Below, one piece after another: positions 43,058 to 43,227 of a DNA stretch of 43,227 nucleotides. This DNA is from an uncultured Candidatus Saccharibacteria bacterium. Its GTDB lineage: Bacteria; Patescibacteriota; Minisyncoccia; UBA10092. The notes below the pieces were generated by a model, which did no database searches, was not told where the DNA came from, and saw only the letters and a program-made list of their open reading frames with translations. Both the position numbers and the translations under genes were made by a program. The stretch covers positions 1-43,227 of the forward strand of contig CAZKLP010000001.1 in assembly GCA_964553885.1 (NCBI GenBank), in the 5' to 3' direction. The first letter of the stretch is position 1, and each line of letters opens with the position of its first letter.

Positions 43058-43227
43058 GGAGTTAAAGATAACATGGTCTATGCGCTATGGGCCAAAGTTG
43101 TGTGTCAACAAAAAGAATCCTTGTAAAAGGGTTCTTTTTGCTTTACGATAACGCCGTGGACCCGGGCCCGTGGTGTATATAGTAACATGTTATCTTCGAC
43201 ACATAACGAAACGGGTGCAAGTCCCGT
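43044..43227 (+). ncRNA. ssrA: Possible tmRNA 5' portion interrupted by a 134-nt insert (truncated by the window edge)
   Basis: GGGGGUGAUAUAAUGGA (43044-43060) and UUCGACACAUAACGAAACGGGUGCA (43195-43219) together resemble the tmRNA 5' consensus GGGGnUG...GGAUUCGAC...CGAAAC...GGUGCA. This reading conflicts with the promoter reading of the same bases. Confidence 0.3.
43110..43145 (+). terminator. Intrinsic terminator
   Basis: 13-bp stem AAAAAGAAUCCUU/AAGGGUUCUUUUU with a GUAA loop (43110-43139), followed by a U-rich tail (GCUUU). Confidence 0.55.

Noticed and set aside
43195-43227. Cobalamin riboswitch. ACGGG-UGCAAGU-CCCGU resembles the GGUGnAAnUCC stem-loop.
   Set aside because: The obligatory AGGGAA just upstream is replaced by ACGAAA, and the UUCGAC...CGAAAC context fits tmRNA better. 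This cannot be fully excluded because the window ends here.
1-43227. CRISPR arrays, rRNA genes, intact IS elements, transposases, and known defence cassettes (RM, TA, CBASS, retron or Abi types).
   Set aside because: I found no regularly spaced direct repeats, no rRNA-like sequence, and no full-length recombinase, transposase, reverse transcriptase or nuclease-NTPase pair. The many short antisense ORFs in the track (for example 1264-1458, 13218-13589, 32293-32808, 34291-34818) are shadows of the real minus-strand genes.

Overview
AT-rich, tightly packed window with almost every gene on the minus strand. It reads like a Patescibacteria/CPR (Parcubacteria-like) chromosome segment. Content is mostly housekeeping: rpsB-tsf, rpmE-prfA, rplY, a split transketolase with rpe, rpiB, fba, pgk and gap, murE plus a FemAB-type transferase, htpX-lemA, a metal ABC transporter, a sugar-scavenging operon (GH1, membrane-anchored GH, ROK kinase), uvrB-uvrA-uvrC, udg, typA, and three tRNAs (Tyr, Thr, Ser). 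I found no intact defence system, CRISPR array, transposon or prophage, and no complete novel protein system that I can defend. The unexplained structure is non-coding. (1) The left 1.6 kb holds a ~230-nt GC-rich, hairpin-dense block, a 54-codon serine-recombinase remnant beside tRNA-Tyr, and a PD-(D/E)XK homing-type endonuclease with its own consensus promoter wedged between tRNA-Thr and tRNA-Tyr. (2) A family of GC-rich hairpin motifs recurs in intergenic hairpins, with related GC-rich palindromes at gene boundaries and in frame inside murE. (3) tRNA-Ser is followed by two decayed copies of its 3' end, and its leader and trailer are perfectly complementary over 12 nt. (4) Two copies of a 35-nt hairpin flank a TrpR/YerC-like gene, with the 12-nt core inverted between copies. 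(5) A gene carries an in-frame TAG inside a domain. (6) At the right edge, a consensus promoter, mini-ORF and terminator overlap sequence that looks like a tmRNA 5' end split by a 134-nt insert. Translation and repair proteins are miniaturised: RF1 lacks domain 1, EF-Ts is 151 aa, and UvrB and UvrC both lack the UVR motif. All functional calls come from reading the translations and motifs by eye. No database search was run.
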